Assembly (NCBI RefSeq): GCF_963921235.1
Contig: NC_086097.1
Span: 129,210,001 to 129,274,000, forward strand
Origin: Mobula hypostoma
Lineage: Eukaryota
Length of the DNA: 64,000 nucleotides
Reading direction: 5' to 3'
Positions 38,536 through 51,799 of this stretch are shown in pieces. How positions within the stretch are numbered: position 1 is the stretch's first letter; each line of letters begins with the position of its first letter. The notes under the pieces are model-generated. The model was given only the letters and a program-made list of their open reading frames with translations, did no database searches and was not told where the DNA came from. The translations under genes and the position numbers were made by a program.

Positions 38536-40709
38536 AACAAATGCGGTTGTCTTGAGCTCTTTGAGCAGTAGAAAGTGTTACATTTGCAAACATGCTTCAG
38601 TACTAGACTTGCCATGTAATCTAATCCAATGGCAATACCTTACCTCAAGTTCCTAAAAACAGAAAATGCACCAAATACACAGCTTAATGTGTGAGGGGAG
38701 AGATATAATAAGAAACTGAGGGGCAACATTTTTACCCATTGAGATCAGTATAAAGAAGGAATCAACTGCCAGAGGAAGTGTAGGAGACAGGGACAGCAAC
38801 AACATTTAAAAGGGCAGAAGTGCTCATTTCAGTTCTCTAAGACTTAATGACTAAGCCAGACAGCATCTGTGAAAAGAAAAAAGGTTTTCAAGTCAAAAAC
38901 CCTTCAGCAAACTGTCCAAGGATATGATGAAACTCCTTTAACCTGAAATATTAACTCTGATCCCTTTCCAAAGATGTTGCCTGACTGCTGAGATCTTCCA
39001 GCATCTACGGTGTGATTTTCACTATATCAGAGGGGAAATTCCCAGTGTTTACTCTCAGGTGGTAACCCTTAGGTCTGTTGCCAGGAAGGAAGACCTCATT
39101 AATGCCAATAGGGATTGTAGCATGAAAGGAAGCAAAAGGCTATCTTAGATTGGGTGTTGTGTAGTAACCCAGATCTTATTAGGGAGTTTAACGTAAAGAA
39201 ACCCTTAGGAGGTAGTGATCATAACATGATTGAATTCATACTGCAATTTGAGAGGGAGAAGCATAACTCACATGTATCAGTATCACAATGGAATAAAGGG
39301 AATTACAGAGGCATGAGAGAGGAGCTTGCCCAGGTGGATTGGTGGAGGATACTGGCAGGGATGACGGCAGAGCAGAGATGGCTGAAGTTTCTGGAAATAG
39401 TTCACAAGGTGCAGGATAGATATGTCCCATTGAGAAAGAAGTTTTCAAATGGCAGAGGCAGGCAACCGGGGCTGACAAAGGAAGTTCAGGACTGCATAAA
39501 AGTCAAGGAAAGGGCATATAAGGTAGCAAGAGTGAGTGGGAAGTTGAATGATTGGGAAGCTTTTAAAATCCAACAAAAGGCAACTCAAAAAGCTATAAGA
39601 AGGGAAAAGATGAAATATGAGGGCAAACTAGCCAATAATATAAAAGAGTTTTCAGTTGTATGAAAAGTAAAAGGGAGGTGAGAGTTGATATTGCACCATT
39701 GGAAAATGATGCTGTTAAGGTAGTATTGGGGGACAAAGAAATGGCAGATGAACTTAATGAATATTTTGCATCTGGCATCACTGTGGAAGACACAAGCAGT
39801 GTGCAAGAGGTCCATGTACGTCAGTGAGCAGGAGTAAGTGCCATTGCTATTACAAAGGAAAAAGTACTAGTCAAAGTCAAAGGTCTTAAGGTGGATAAGT
39901 CACCTGGGCCCAGATTGTCTACATCCCAGAGTCCTGAGAGAGGTTGCTGAAGAGATAACAGATGCATTGGTCACTATCTTTCAAGAATCACTTGATTCTG
40001 GCATGGTCCAGAGGGCTGGAAGATTACAAATGTCTTTAAGAAGGGAGTAAGGCAAAAGAAAGGAAATTACAGGCCAGTTAACCTAACCTTACTGGTTGGG
40101 AAGGTATTAGAGTCTATTATTAAAGATGAGGTTTCAAGGTACTTGGAGACTAATGATAAAATAAGTCAAAGTCAGCATGGCTCTGTAAAGGGAAATCTTG
40201 CCTGACAAATCTATTAGAGTTCTTCGAGGAAGTAACAAGCAGGGTGGACAAAGGAGAGGTAGTGGATGTCATTTACTTTGATTGTCAGAAAGCGTTTGAC
40301 AAGGTGCCATACAAGAGGCTGATTAACAACATAAAATCCTATGGCATTACAGGAAAGATACTGACATGGATACTAGAATGGCTGACAAGCAGGAGGCGGT
40401 GAGTGGGATTAAAATGGGCCTTTTCAGGTTGGCTACCAGAGACTAGTGGTGTTCCTCAGGGGTCAGTATTGGGACCGCTACTTTTCACATTGTTTGTCAA
40501 TGACTTAGATAGTGGAATTGATGACTTTGTGGCAAAGCTTACAGATGATACAAAGATAGGTGGAGGGGTAGGTACTGCTGAGGAAACAATGTGATTGCAG
40601 CGGGATTTAGACAAATTGGAAGAATGGGTAAAAAAGTGGCAGATGGATTACAGTGTTGGAAAACGTATGATAATACATTTTGGTAAAAAGAACAAAAGTG
40701 TGGAATATT

Positions 40710-41137
40710 GCCTGTTGCCGGGGCCAGGTTCGAAGCGCTTGACAGAGATGGTGCTTGGTGCTTGGTGTCGGAGAGCTGGTCGGAGGCGCGGAGTTTTCGG
40801 ATGGACTCGGAGTCGGACTTTGGTCGGATGCTTCCAGGATGCTGCATCGACAAGTTTGTGCCCCTGGAGGTTCACCGTCTGTGTGAGATAATGGGACTTT
40901 CGAGAGACTTTGAGACTTTTTACTGTGCCATGGTCTGTTCTTTATCAAATTACGGTATTGCACTGTTGTAACTATATGTTATAATTATGTGGTTTTGGTC
41001 AGTTTTTCAGTTGGCCTGTCGTGTTTCTGTGATATCATTCTGGAGAAACATTGTATCATTTCTTCATGCATGCATTACTAAATGACAATAAAAGAGGACT
41101 GCGTGTCCTCATAATCTAATCTAATCTATTCTAATCT
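40710..41137 (+). mobile_element. Short non-autonomous retroposon nested in CR1
   Basis: GC-rich 5' part, AATAAA, (ATCTA)n tail; possible TSD AATATT at 40704-40709 and 41138-41143. Confidence 0.7.
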
Positions 41138-41272
41138 AATATTATCTAAATGAGAAGGTTCAAACACCAGAGGTGCAGAAGGACTTGGGAATCTTCATGC
41201 AATACTCCCAGAAGGTTAATTTACAGGTTGAGACTGTGGTAAAGAAGGCAAATGCAATGTTGACATTTATTT

Positions 41273-41850
41273 TATATATTTTTTTATAGATGCACTGTAG
41301 AAAGCATTCTTCTAGGGTGCATCACAACCTGGTATGGAAGTTGTCCTGTCCAAGACTGAAAGAAGCTGTAGAAGATCGTGAACATGGCACAGCACATCAC
41401 ACAAACCAATCTTCTGTCCTTGGACTCACTTTACACCGCACGCTGTCGAAGCAGTGCTGCCAGGATAATAAAGGACACGACCCACCCAGCCAACACACTT
41501 TTCGTCCCTCTTCCCTCCGGGAGAAGGCTCAGGAGCTTGAAGACTGGTACGTCCAGATTTGGGAACAGCTTCTTTCCAACTGTGAAAAGACTGCTGAATG
41601 GATCCTGACCCGGATCTGGGCCATACCCTCCAAATATCCGGACTAGCCTCTCGGTTTTTTTGCACTACCTTACTTTCCATTTTTCTATTTTCTATTTATG
41701 ATTTATAATTTAAATTTTTAATATTTACTAATTTTTACTATTTTTAATATTTAATATTTGTAATCCAGGGAGTAGGAAGCGCAGAATCAAATATTGCTGT
41801 GATGATTGTACGTTCTAGTATCGATTCTTTGACGACAATATAGTATAAAG
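41273..41850 (+). mobile_element. Rex1/Babar 3' fragment nested in CR1
   Basis: IIKDTTHPANTLFVPLPSGRRLRSLKT...NSFFPT; CR1 sequence resumes at 41851. Confidence 0.85.
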
Positions 41851-43364
41851 TATTTCAAAGGGAAGAGAATATAAAAGCAAGGAGATAATGCTGAGGCTCT
41901 ATAAGACACTAGTCAGGCTGCACTTGGAGTATTGTCAACAATTTTGGGCACCATATCTCAGAAAGGATGTGTAGTCATTGGACAGAGTCCAGAGAAGGCT
42001 CAAGAGGATGATTCCGGGAATGAAGGGGTTAACATATGAGTTGTGTTTGGTAGCTTTGGGACTGTACTTACTGGAATTTAGAAGAATGCGGGGGTATCTC
42101 ATTGAAACCTACTGAATGTTGAAACGCAAACAACAGGAATTCTGCAGATGCTGAAAAGATTAGGTAGGGTGGATGTGGAGAGGATGTTTCCTATGGTGGG
42201 TGTATCCAGAACTCAGATTATTGGCACAGCCTCAAAACTGAGGGGTGACCCTTTAGAACAGAGACAAGGAGGAATTTTTTTCAGCCAGAGAGTAGTAAAT
42301 CTGTGGAATGCTGTGCCACAGCCTGCAGTGGAGGCCGAGTCTGTGCGTATATTTAAGGCAGAAGCTGATCATTTCCTGATTGTTCAGGGCATTAAAGGAT
42401 ATTGCGAGAAGGCAGGTGTGTGGGGTTGAGTGGGATCCAGGACTAGCCATGATGGAATGGTGGAGCAGACTCGATGGGCTGAATGGCCATCATTCTGAAT
42501 TCTGCTCCTATGTCTTATGGTCTTAAAAGGAATTCCATTTCTTAAATTGTTCTGATCTTATTCGAACTTCTAAATTACTTTTTAGCATTTTCAGCAACTT
42601 TTAAAGTTTTGGCATGTTTTCAGAGATTTTTAAATGTCTTACTGTAATTATTACCATTCCAATAGGAATGTTACATTTGGATTGGATGTTAATTTCCATG
42701 TTACACAGTACTTACTAATTTAATTTATAGTTTTTATTATTACATATTGCAATGTACTGCTGCCACAAAACAACAAATTTCATGAAATATGTCAGTAATA
42801 TAAACTGATTCTGTTTTTTGAATGACTCTGAATGTTAGAGTTTTTATAGTGGGGAGATGGAAGGATTCAGACTGTTTTTAATGAAAAGTTCATTGCTTCT
42901 TGCAGTACTATTGCAAACATTATTACAACAGAGTTCCCATTCATTCATTAGAGGATTAACTGTCTAAACCCATTTCTAAAATAATCAGATTGTTTTTCTT
43001 TCTACCTTGTTCCACAGTTATGTTTTCTTTCTCATTCTTCTTTGGGACGTATGCATATCTTGCAATCTTATCTGTGTTTGCAGGTTTGGCCTTGCAGGTG
43101 AATGACGAATGTTCATAATCATTTGTTCAAATCATAAAATATAATGGATCGAATGGAGATATTTGGCCCTTAGTTACTGCACCCAGTTCCCTACTGTGCT
43201 TTTGTTTGTATCTACAATGACTAGAAGGAAACCATTCATCCCGTTGAGTCTATGCCAGTTAACAGAGCATTCCTTTAAATTCCATGCTCTCAGTTACTTC
43301 CCTTAACCTACTCTGTCTCACATGCCCAAGAACATCTGTCAATGGATCTGAGAATACTCATCGA

Positions 43365-44212
43365 TCCCACAGAAGATGGCGCCAGCAAACAACGTGACCA
43401 AAAGCGACGTCCTTCAGACAGTTCACAAAACTACTTCTTTCACCTCTTTTTCTTTCAAATATGATTCTGCTACTATTGGACCCTGTGATTTGCATCTTGA
43501 TGGTGTGATTTCAGGGCAATTGAGCGATCTGGCACTTTTCTGTCTCCGGGGGAGCTCGGTGAGGTTTCGAGCAGACTGTGTGGCCTGGAGTTCAAGGAGC
43601 CTGGAGACAGGACTCAAGCCATTGATCGACTCCATTTCTTGCAGATCTCACTGATTAAAGCATCAAGCAAGATTGAAATCAGTGAGGTTGAGAGTGGAAG
43701 GCAAGCAGGTGTTCAGTGTCATCCGCCTGCATTTGACCTGTCTCTCTCCCTCTCGTGCACTGCTGCCGAAGGATGGTGCCGGAGTCTTTGGTCTTGGGCA
43801 AGCTTTAATCAACATGGTTCGTGGTTGGATTCTGCAGTTCACATTATATGTGTTTCTGGTTTCTGGTTACTCCTTTTTTATTGCTATTTTGTGTGATTTT
43901 GATCAGAGCGGACTGTCTCTGCAGCCTGCAGTTAACAAACAACACAGTGCTAAATTGAACTGAACTAAACTGAACATTCCTGAACTGCTTCAATGACATT
44001 GTGGTTTTGATGTTTTATCTTCTGTGTGTTTTTTGCTCGTTTTTGGCTATTTGCCTATCTTGTTCATTTTTTTGTGCGTTGGGTGTTTGATGTTTTCTTT
44101 GAACGGGTTCCATGGTGTTTCTTTGTTTCACGGCTGTCTGTGGAAAGACGAATCTCAGGGTTGTACACTGCATACAAACCTTGATAATAAATGTACTTTG
44201 AATCTTTGAATC
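43365..44212 (+). mobile_element. Non-autonomous non-LTR element with AAGATGGCG head
   Basis: AAGATGGCG at 43373-43381; ends aataaatgtactttgaatctttgaatc; no RT motifs. Confidence 0.6.
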
Positions 44213-44639
44213 ATTTTCCTGTAACCTTTCCCTCAGTCCATTAATCTCCCTCCTGATTTTCCATCCAGGCCAGCAGGAAACAATGAACCATCCACAAGCA
44301 GAGCTTTGCGATGTGGAAAGAAAACAGTATCCATGGAAACCCCACAGTCTCAGAGAGAACATGCAAACTCCACACAGACAACACTGGATTTCAGGAACGA
44401 GCCCTGCCCGTTGGGAGTTTGAAACAGTCCCAGTGTCCTGACTCTTTCCCATTAAACTGTCCCTCCTGCTACTCACCTTGTTGCTTGTTCTCCTGCCTTA
44501 GGCTGTGGTTCAGTCCCATTCCAGAGACTCATGAATTAGGAACAAGAGTAGGTCACTCAGCCCTTCAATCCTGAATGGAAAATGTAGACAAACACCCCAG
44601 AGCAGGGTCGAGGTCAGAGGTACAGTTCTTCAGATAGAT

Positions 44640-45820
44640 GAAAAGGATGTCTTGCATATTGTTCATACAGATCGGATCATTACACAGAGCATTGAGGAAG
44701 AACAAGTTAAAACAATTACAAAACATTAGAAAGTGTAACAGCTATAGAGAAATTTCAATAGAAAACAGTAAAGTGCGAGATCATAACGAGTAGATTGTGA
44801 GGTCAAGAGTCCATCTTATTGTTCTGGGAAACCAGTTACTAATCTTATTACAGTGAGATAGAAGCTGACCTTAAGGTTAGTGGTACTTGCTTTCAAGTTT
44901 TGTATCTTTTGCTGATGGGAGAGGGGAGAAGAGACAAAGTCTGGGGTTGTTTGGGTCTTGGATTGTGCTGGCTGCTTTACCGAGACAGCAAGAAGTGTAG
45001 ACAGAGTCCATAGAGGGGAGGCTGATTTCCGTGATGTGCTGAACTGTGTCCACAACTCTCTGCAGTCTCTTGCTGTCACGTGCAGAGCAGTCACCATGCC
45101 AAGCCATTATGCATCCATCAGAATGCTTTCTGCAGTGCATCAATAAAAACTGGTAAGAGTCAACAGGCTTTCTTTAGCTTTCTGATAAAGACATTGGTGA
45201 GTTTTCTTCTCACTCTGCTTTGCAGCACCTAGACAACAGCAAAACATGTGTCAACCTACTGTCAATCCTGGGTGTTAACATCTCTGAGGATCTGTTCTCG
45301 ACCCGACACATTCATACAATCATAAAGTGGCTCTGCTTTGTTAGGAGTTTGAGGAGACATGGCATGTCACCAAAGACTCTGGCAAATTTCTGTAGATGTA
45401 CAATGGAAACCATTCTGACTGATTGCATCAGACTTAATGCTTTATGAAGGCTACAATGCACAGAATGGCAAGAGGCTGCAGAGAGTTCCCTCCCCACCAT
45501 CAAGGACATCTTCAACAGGCAGTGCCTCAAGAAGATGATATCCATCATTAAGCGCCCTGACCACCCAGGACATGCCATGTTCTCATCACTACCATCAGTA
45601 AAGAGGTCCACAGCCTGAAGACCCACACTCAACAGTTTAGGAATATCTTCCCCTCCACCATCAGATTTCTGAATGGTCCATGAACCTGTGAATGCTAGTT
45701 TGTCATTCCTTTCTTTTTGCAGTAATTATTTATTTTGTAATTTGTGGTAATTTTATGTCTTTGTATTGGACAGCTGCTGCAAAGCAATAATGTTCACATT
45801 AAAAAGACAATGATAATACA
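44640..45820. mobile_element. Two back-to-back Rex1/Babar fragments (minus 44640-45200, plus 45215-45820)
   Basis: GCIMAWHGDCSARDSKRLQRVV on minus; LRRHGMSPKTLANFCRCTMETIL on plus. Confidence 0.75.
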
Positions 45821-46664
45821 CCAGATCCCTTTTGCAAATTCAACATATAGGCATCAAAAAAGGACAGGATTAGGCTCCTGTACAATTCCTCCAGCAGGCC
45901 TGACTTTGTGACATACTGTGATTCCACATTGTTTATAATGAAGCTGTCTTCAAAATCTCAAAATGACAATGATTTTCGTGGAGGAACGGAGGAGAGAATT
46001 GAGAGGCTAAAAAAAAATCTGCCTTAACTGTTAAACATATGAAACTAATAAAATAAAACAAAAACATTCACAGGTTACAAAAACAATTGGATATATTGCT
46101 CTTACTTAACAGTATATCTACCACATGTTCACAATAGTGCCTACAAACTGCGAAAATTCAAGTATTGTTTTATTATTAATGTTAATTTGAATTTATTGAG
46201 ACAGTTTTTCATAGCAGTTTTCAGTAAACTGTGTTTACAATGAGTGATTTCATGGAAAAAGACCTTTGTGTTCATATTACCTAGTGTATAATACAAAGCC
46301 GCTTCAGTAGATCCACAAATATCCCAGTAAATAATTTATTACCCAACTTAACAATATTTACAATATTCTCATGAATTATTCAAATCGACTACTTATAACA
46401 TGTTGAATGCCATAAAGACACAAAATAGAACATAACATTTTGAATAAGATAGGCAGCGTGATATTTTCAAAAAGACAAGATTTACTAAAGTAGAGACTGT
46501 AGCCGACTAAACTCAGACTAATTCCCAGTGTTATGCTGGCAATTGGAATTTTATCAGCAATTTATTTTGGCTACTGTAACAAAATACTCAAAGCAACGTT
46601 CCATCAAGTGATGGCTTACTAAATAGAAGAGACCATGTTATGCAACCGCAATAATTGTAAAGGT

Positions 46665-46915
46665 ATGGCCTAGCAGTTTAGCATGATGTAGTTACACTGC
46701 CATTAACCCAGGTTCAATTCCACCACTGTCTGAAAGGAATTTATTTGTTCTCCCCATGACTGCATTGGGTTTTCCTGATGCTCTGGTTTCATCCTACGCT
46801 CTAAAGATGTAGAGGTTGTTAGGTTAATGGGTCACATGGGTGTAATTGGACAGAACAGGCTCATTGCGACAGAAGGGCTTGTTATTATGCTGTATATCAA
46901 AATGAAATGAATAAA
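46665..46915 (+). mobile_element. V-SINE (HE1-like)
   Basis: B box GGTTCAATTCC at ~46711; V-domain gttctccccatgactgcattgggttttcc; aaataa-type tail. Confidence 0.75.
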
Positions 46916-46959
46916 ATATATTCATATTTATGTAAAAGTGTTTGTCATGTAGGAATTTT

Positions 46960-49900
46960 TTAGAGGAATAAAGAGCATGTCTGTAGGGTTAGTACTTTGC
47001 TCCGGTGTCAGATGTAGGAATCCTGGGGACCTTCCAGTCTCCCAGATGGCCATATCTGTGCCAGGTGCACCGAGATGCAGCTCCTGAGAGACCGTGTCAG
47101 GGATCTGGAGCTGCGGCTCGATGACCTACAGCTTATTAGGGAAAGCGAGCAGGAGGTAGATAGGAGCTACAAGGTGTTAGTCACCCCGAGGCTGCAGGAG
47201 TTTGATAAGTGGGTGACTGTCAAGGAAGGGATGGTAAGAGCTCAGATAGTAGAGAGCACCCCTGTGGTGTCCCCCTCTGTAATCGTTATCTCATTTTGGA
47301 TGCTGTTGAGGGGGGTGACCTGACAGAGCACGACCACGGCGATCGGGTCTCTGGCACTGAGCCTGGTTCCATGGTGTAGAAGGGAGAGAAGAAGATGAAG
47401 AATGCGGTAGTCATAGGGGATTCCATAGTGAGAGGAACAGACAGGAGGTACTGTCAGCCTGATAGAGATACCCACATGGTGTGTTGCCTCCCAGGTGTCA
47501 GGGTACGGGATGTCTCGGATCGGGTGCAGTGTATTCTGAAGGGAGAGGGTGGCCAGCCAGAAGTCTTAGTATACGTTGGTACCAATGACATAGATAGAAA
47601 AAGGGAGGAGGTGCTGAAGAGAGAATTCAGGGAGTTGGGTAGGAAGCTAAAGAGCAGGACCTCCAGGGAAATAATCACGGGATTGCTGCCTGTTCCACGT
47701 GCTAATGAGTGCAAGAAAAGCGTGATTAAGCATATTAATGCGTGCCTGAGAGACTGGTCAGGGGGCAGGGTTCCGGGTTCCTGGATCATTGGGGCATCTT
47801 TTGGGGGAGGTATGACCTGTACAAAAAGGATGGGTTACACCTGAACCCAAAAGTGTTCAATACCCTAGCAGGCAGGCTTAATAGAGCTGTTAGGGATGGT
47901 TTAAACTAATTTGGCAGGGAGACGGGAACCAGAGTACTAGGGCTGAGGAAGGGAAAAACAGAAATAAATCAAAGATAGCATGCAACAGAGATAATAGAAA
48001 GGATAGGCATAATCACAGCCAGTGGGATGGGTTACAGAGCAATAGAGGTGTGGTGCAGTTAAAACAGAAAGAAACAAATACTGGACTGAAAGTGTTGTAC
48101 TTGAATGCACGCAGTATAAGGAATAAAATTGACGATCTTGAAATTCAGCTACAGATTGGCAAGTATGACATTGTGGCCATATCTGAAATTTGGCAAAGGA
48201 TGGCTGTCATTGGGAGTTGAATGCCCAAGGATATATGGTGTATAGGAAAGATAGGTTAGTAGGCAGAGGGGATGGTGTGGCCCTGTGTATAAGAAATAAT
48301 ATTAGATCATTAGAAAGAGATGACATAGGATTGTAAGGTGTAGAACTCCTATGGGCTAGGTTAAGAAATGGCAAGGGTAAAAGGACCTTAACGGCAGTTG
48401 TATACAGGCCTCCAAACAGCAACTGGGATGTAGATTACAAATTACAGCAGGAGATAGAAAAAGCGTGTAAGAAGGGCAATGTCATGATAATCGTTGGGGA
48501 TTTTAACATGAAAATAGATTGGGAAAACCAGGCCAGTACTGAACCTCAAGAGAGAGTATTTGTAAAATGTCTACAGGATGAATTTTTAAAACAGCTTGTT
48601 GTTGAGCCCACTAGGGGATTGGCTGTGCTAGATTGGGTGTTGTGAAATGATCTGGAGGTGATAAGAGAGCTTAAGGTTAAGGAACCCTTAGGGAACAGAG
48701 ATCACAAAATGATCGAGTTCATTTTGAAACTTGAGATGGAGAAACTAAATTACAATGTGTCGGTATTTCAGTGGAATAAAGGGAATTACAATGGAATGAA
48801 ATGGGAACTGGCCAAGGTTGACTGGAAAGGGACACTAGCAGGAAGGACAGCAGAGCAACAATGGCTGGAGTTTCTGCGAAAAATGAGGGAAGTGCAAGAC
48901 AGATATATTCCAACTAAGAAGAAATTTTCGGACGGAAGAAGGACACTACCGTGGCTAACAAGCGAAGTCAGAGCCAAAGTAAAAGCAAAAGAGAGGGCAT
49001 ACAGGAAGCCAAAGCTGGTGGGAAGATAGAGGATTGGGAAGCTTTTAAAAACTTGCAGAAGGAAACTAAGAAGGTTATTAGGAAGGAAAAGATGAATTAC
49101 CAGAGGAAGCTGGCGACTAATATCAAAGAAGATTCTAAAAGCTTCTTTCAGTATATAAAGGGTAAAAGAGACTTGAGGGTAGATGTAGGACCAATAGAAA
49201 ATGACGCTGGAGATATTGTAAGGAGAGATGCAGAGATGGCAGAGTAACTGAATGCGTATTTTGCATCAGTCTTCACAGTGGAAGACGTTTGCCGTTTACT
49301 GGACATCTAAGAGTGTCAGGGAAGTGAAGTATGTGCAGTGAAAATTACGACTGAGAAGGTGCTCAGGAAGCTTAATGGTCTGAGGGTGGATAAATCTCCT
49401 GGACCTGATGGAATGCATCCTCGGGTTCTGAAGGAAGTAGTTGGCGAGATTGCAGAGGCATTTACAACGATCTTTCAAGAATCGATAGATTCTGGCAATG
49501 TACCAGATGACTGGAAAATTGCAAATGTTACTCCACTATTTAAGAAGGGTGGGAGGCAGCAGAAAGGAAACTATAGACTTGCTAGCCTGACATCAGTGGT
49601 TGGGATGTTGTTGGAATCAATTGTTAGGGATGAGATTACGGAACATCTGGAGACACATGACAAGATAGGCCAAAGCCAGCACGTTTTCCGGAAAGGAAAA
49701 TTCTGCCTGACTAACCTAATGCAATTTCTTTGAGGAAGTTACAAGCAGGGTAGACAAAGGAGATGCAGTAGTTGTGGTGCACTTGAATTTTCAGAAGGCC
49801 TTTGACAAGGTGCCGCACATGACGCTGCTTAGCAAGATAAGAGCCCATGGAATTACAGGGAAGTTACTAGCATAGGTGGAGCGTTGGCTGATTGGCAGAA

Positions 49901-50991
49901 AACAGAGAGTGGGAATACAGGGATCCTATTCTGGCTGGCTGCCGGTTACCAGTGGAGTTCCACAGGGGTCAATGTTGGGACCACTGCTTTTTATGATGTA
50001 TGTCAAAGATTTAGACTATGGGGTTAAAAGATTTGTGGCTAAATTTGCCGATGTTACAAAGATAGGCGGAGGAGCTGGTAGTGTTGAGGAAGCAGAGAGC
50101 CTGCAGAGAGACTTAGGTAGTTTAGGGGAATGGGCAAAGAAGTGGCAAATGAAATACAATGTTGGAAAGTGTATGGTCATGCACTTTGGTGGAAGAAATA
50201 AATGGGCAGACTATTATTTAGATGGGGAGGGAATTCAAAATGCAGAGGTGCAAAGGGACTTTGGAGTCCTTGTGCAAGATACCCTAAAGGTTAACCTCCA
50301 GGTTGAGTTGGTGGTGAAGAAGGCAAATGCAATGTTGGCAATCATTTTGAGAGGCATAGAATACAAGAACAGGGATGTGATGTTGAGGCTCTATAAGGCA
50401 ATCATGAGACCACACTTGGAGTATTGTGTGCAGTTTTGGGCTCCTTATTTTAGAAAGGGTATATTGACATTGGAGAGGGTTCAGAGAAGATTCACGAGAG
50501 TGATTCCAGGAATGAAAGTTTTACCATATGAGGAACATCTGGCAGCACTTGGGCTGTGTTCCCTTGAGTTCAGGAGCATGAGGGGGGATCTCATAGGAAC
50601 ATTCTGAATGTTAAATGCCTGAACAAAGTAGATATGGCAATGTTATTTCCCATGGTAGGGGAGTCTAGGACAAGAGGGCATGACTTCAGGATTGAAGGAC
50701 ATCCATTTAGAACAGAGATGTGGAGAAATTACTTTAGTCAGATGGTGGTAAATTTATGGAATTTGTTGCCATGAGCGGCTGTGGAGGTCAAGTCGTTGGG
50801 TGCATTTAAGGCAGAGATTGATAGGTTCTTGATTAGCCAGTATATCAAAGGGTATGGGGAGAAGGTAGGGGACTGGAAATGACTGGAAAAATTGGATCAG
50901 CCCATGATTGAATGGCGGAGCAGACTTGATGGAATGAATGGCCTACTTCTGCTCCTGTATCTTATGGTCTCATGGTCTTATGGTCTTATGG
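46960..50991 (+). mobile_element. Near full-length CR1 LINE (ORF1 zinc finger/coil/SGNH esterase; ORF2 APE+RT), disrupted
   Basis: ORF1 from ATG 46977 with VVIGDSIVRG and VGTND; ORF2 YLNARSI, YRPPN, KSPGPDGMHPRVLKE, GVPQGSMLGPLLF; (TCTTATGG)n tail; several stops and frameshifts. Confidence 0.95.
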
Positions 50992-51799
50992 AATTGAAAA
51001 GCGATACATCAATTTTTTCAGCAAATAGCGACCAAAACCTTGTTTTAAGTGATACCGTGCAAATGAAAAGAGGATCCCAATGGGATTCTCAAAATTATCA
51101 ACTAATAATATCAAAACATACTTCGGAACATACTAACAAATTCAGTCCCAAAAATTTGCTATTAAATTTGCAGCAAACAGAATGGGAAGCAAAGAGGGAC
51201 AAGAGGAGGGTGGGTGGTAAAGGAAAGGAGTAGGGAGAGAAAAGGAGACACAAGAGACTGCAGATGCTGGAATGTGGGACAACTCATGAAGCACTGGAAG
51301 AACTCAATGGATCAGGCAGCACCTGTGGGAGGGAAAGAACATTCAACTTCTTGGGTTGAGATCTTTCATCTATACTGAAAGAAGAGAGGAGAGCCAATAC
51401 ACAAAGGAAGTGGGAGGGATTGGAGGCTGTGCTCTAAGGAAGATGCAAAGGAAGAAGACCGAAAGGTTAAGTGGAAGACCACAATGAGATTTTATCTGAA
51501 TATTGAAGAGGAAACCATGGTGAGATTGTAAATAAGTGATCCTGTGAAGATTAGCTGCCGACAGGGGAGCAAAGTTTAAAGTTGGAAGAAGAATTTTCGA
51601 TGTTGGGTTTGGATGGGTTGAGTTCAATTATACCAACAACATTTATATAAGGCAATTCACAGGAGCATTCTTGAGCAAAATTTTATGGCAAACTATGTAA
51701 AGAGATAAAGGTAAATACTGTATACTGGTTTTAAGGCAGGTCTTACAAAGGGAAAGAGAGATAGCAAGGTTTAGGGAGAGATGTCACCATGGCTTTGTA

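Larger units (their letters stand above)
39140..42525 (+). mobile_element. 5'-truncated CR1 LINE with nested insertions
   Basis: PLGGSDHNMIEF, SGVPQGSVLGPLLF...DDTKIGG; tail tgtcttatggtctta; interrupted at 40710, ~41273 and ~42125. Confidence 0.9.
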
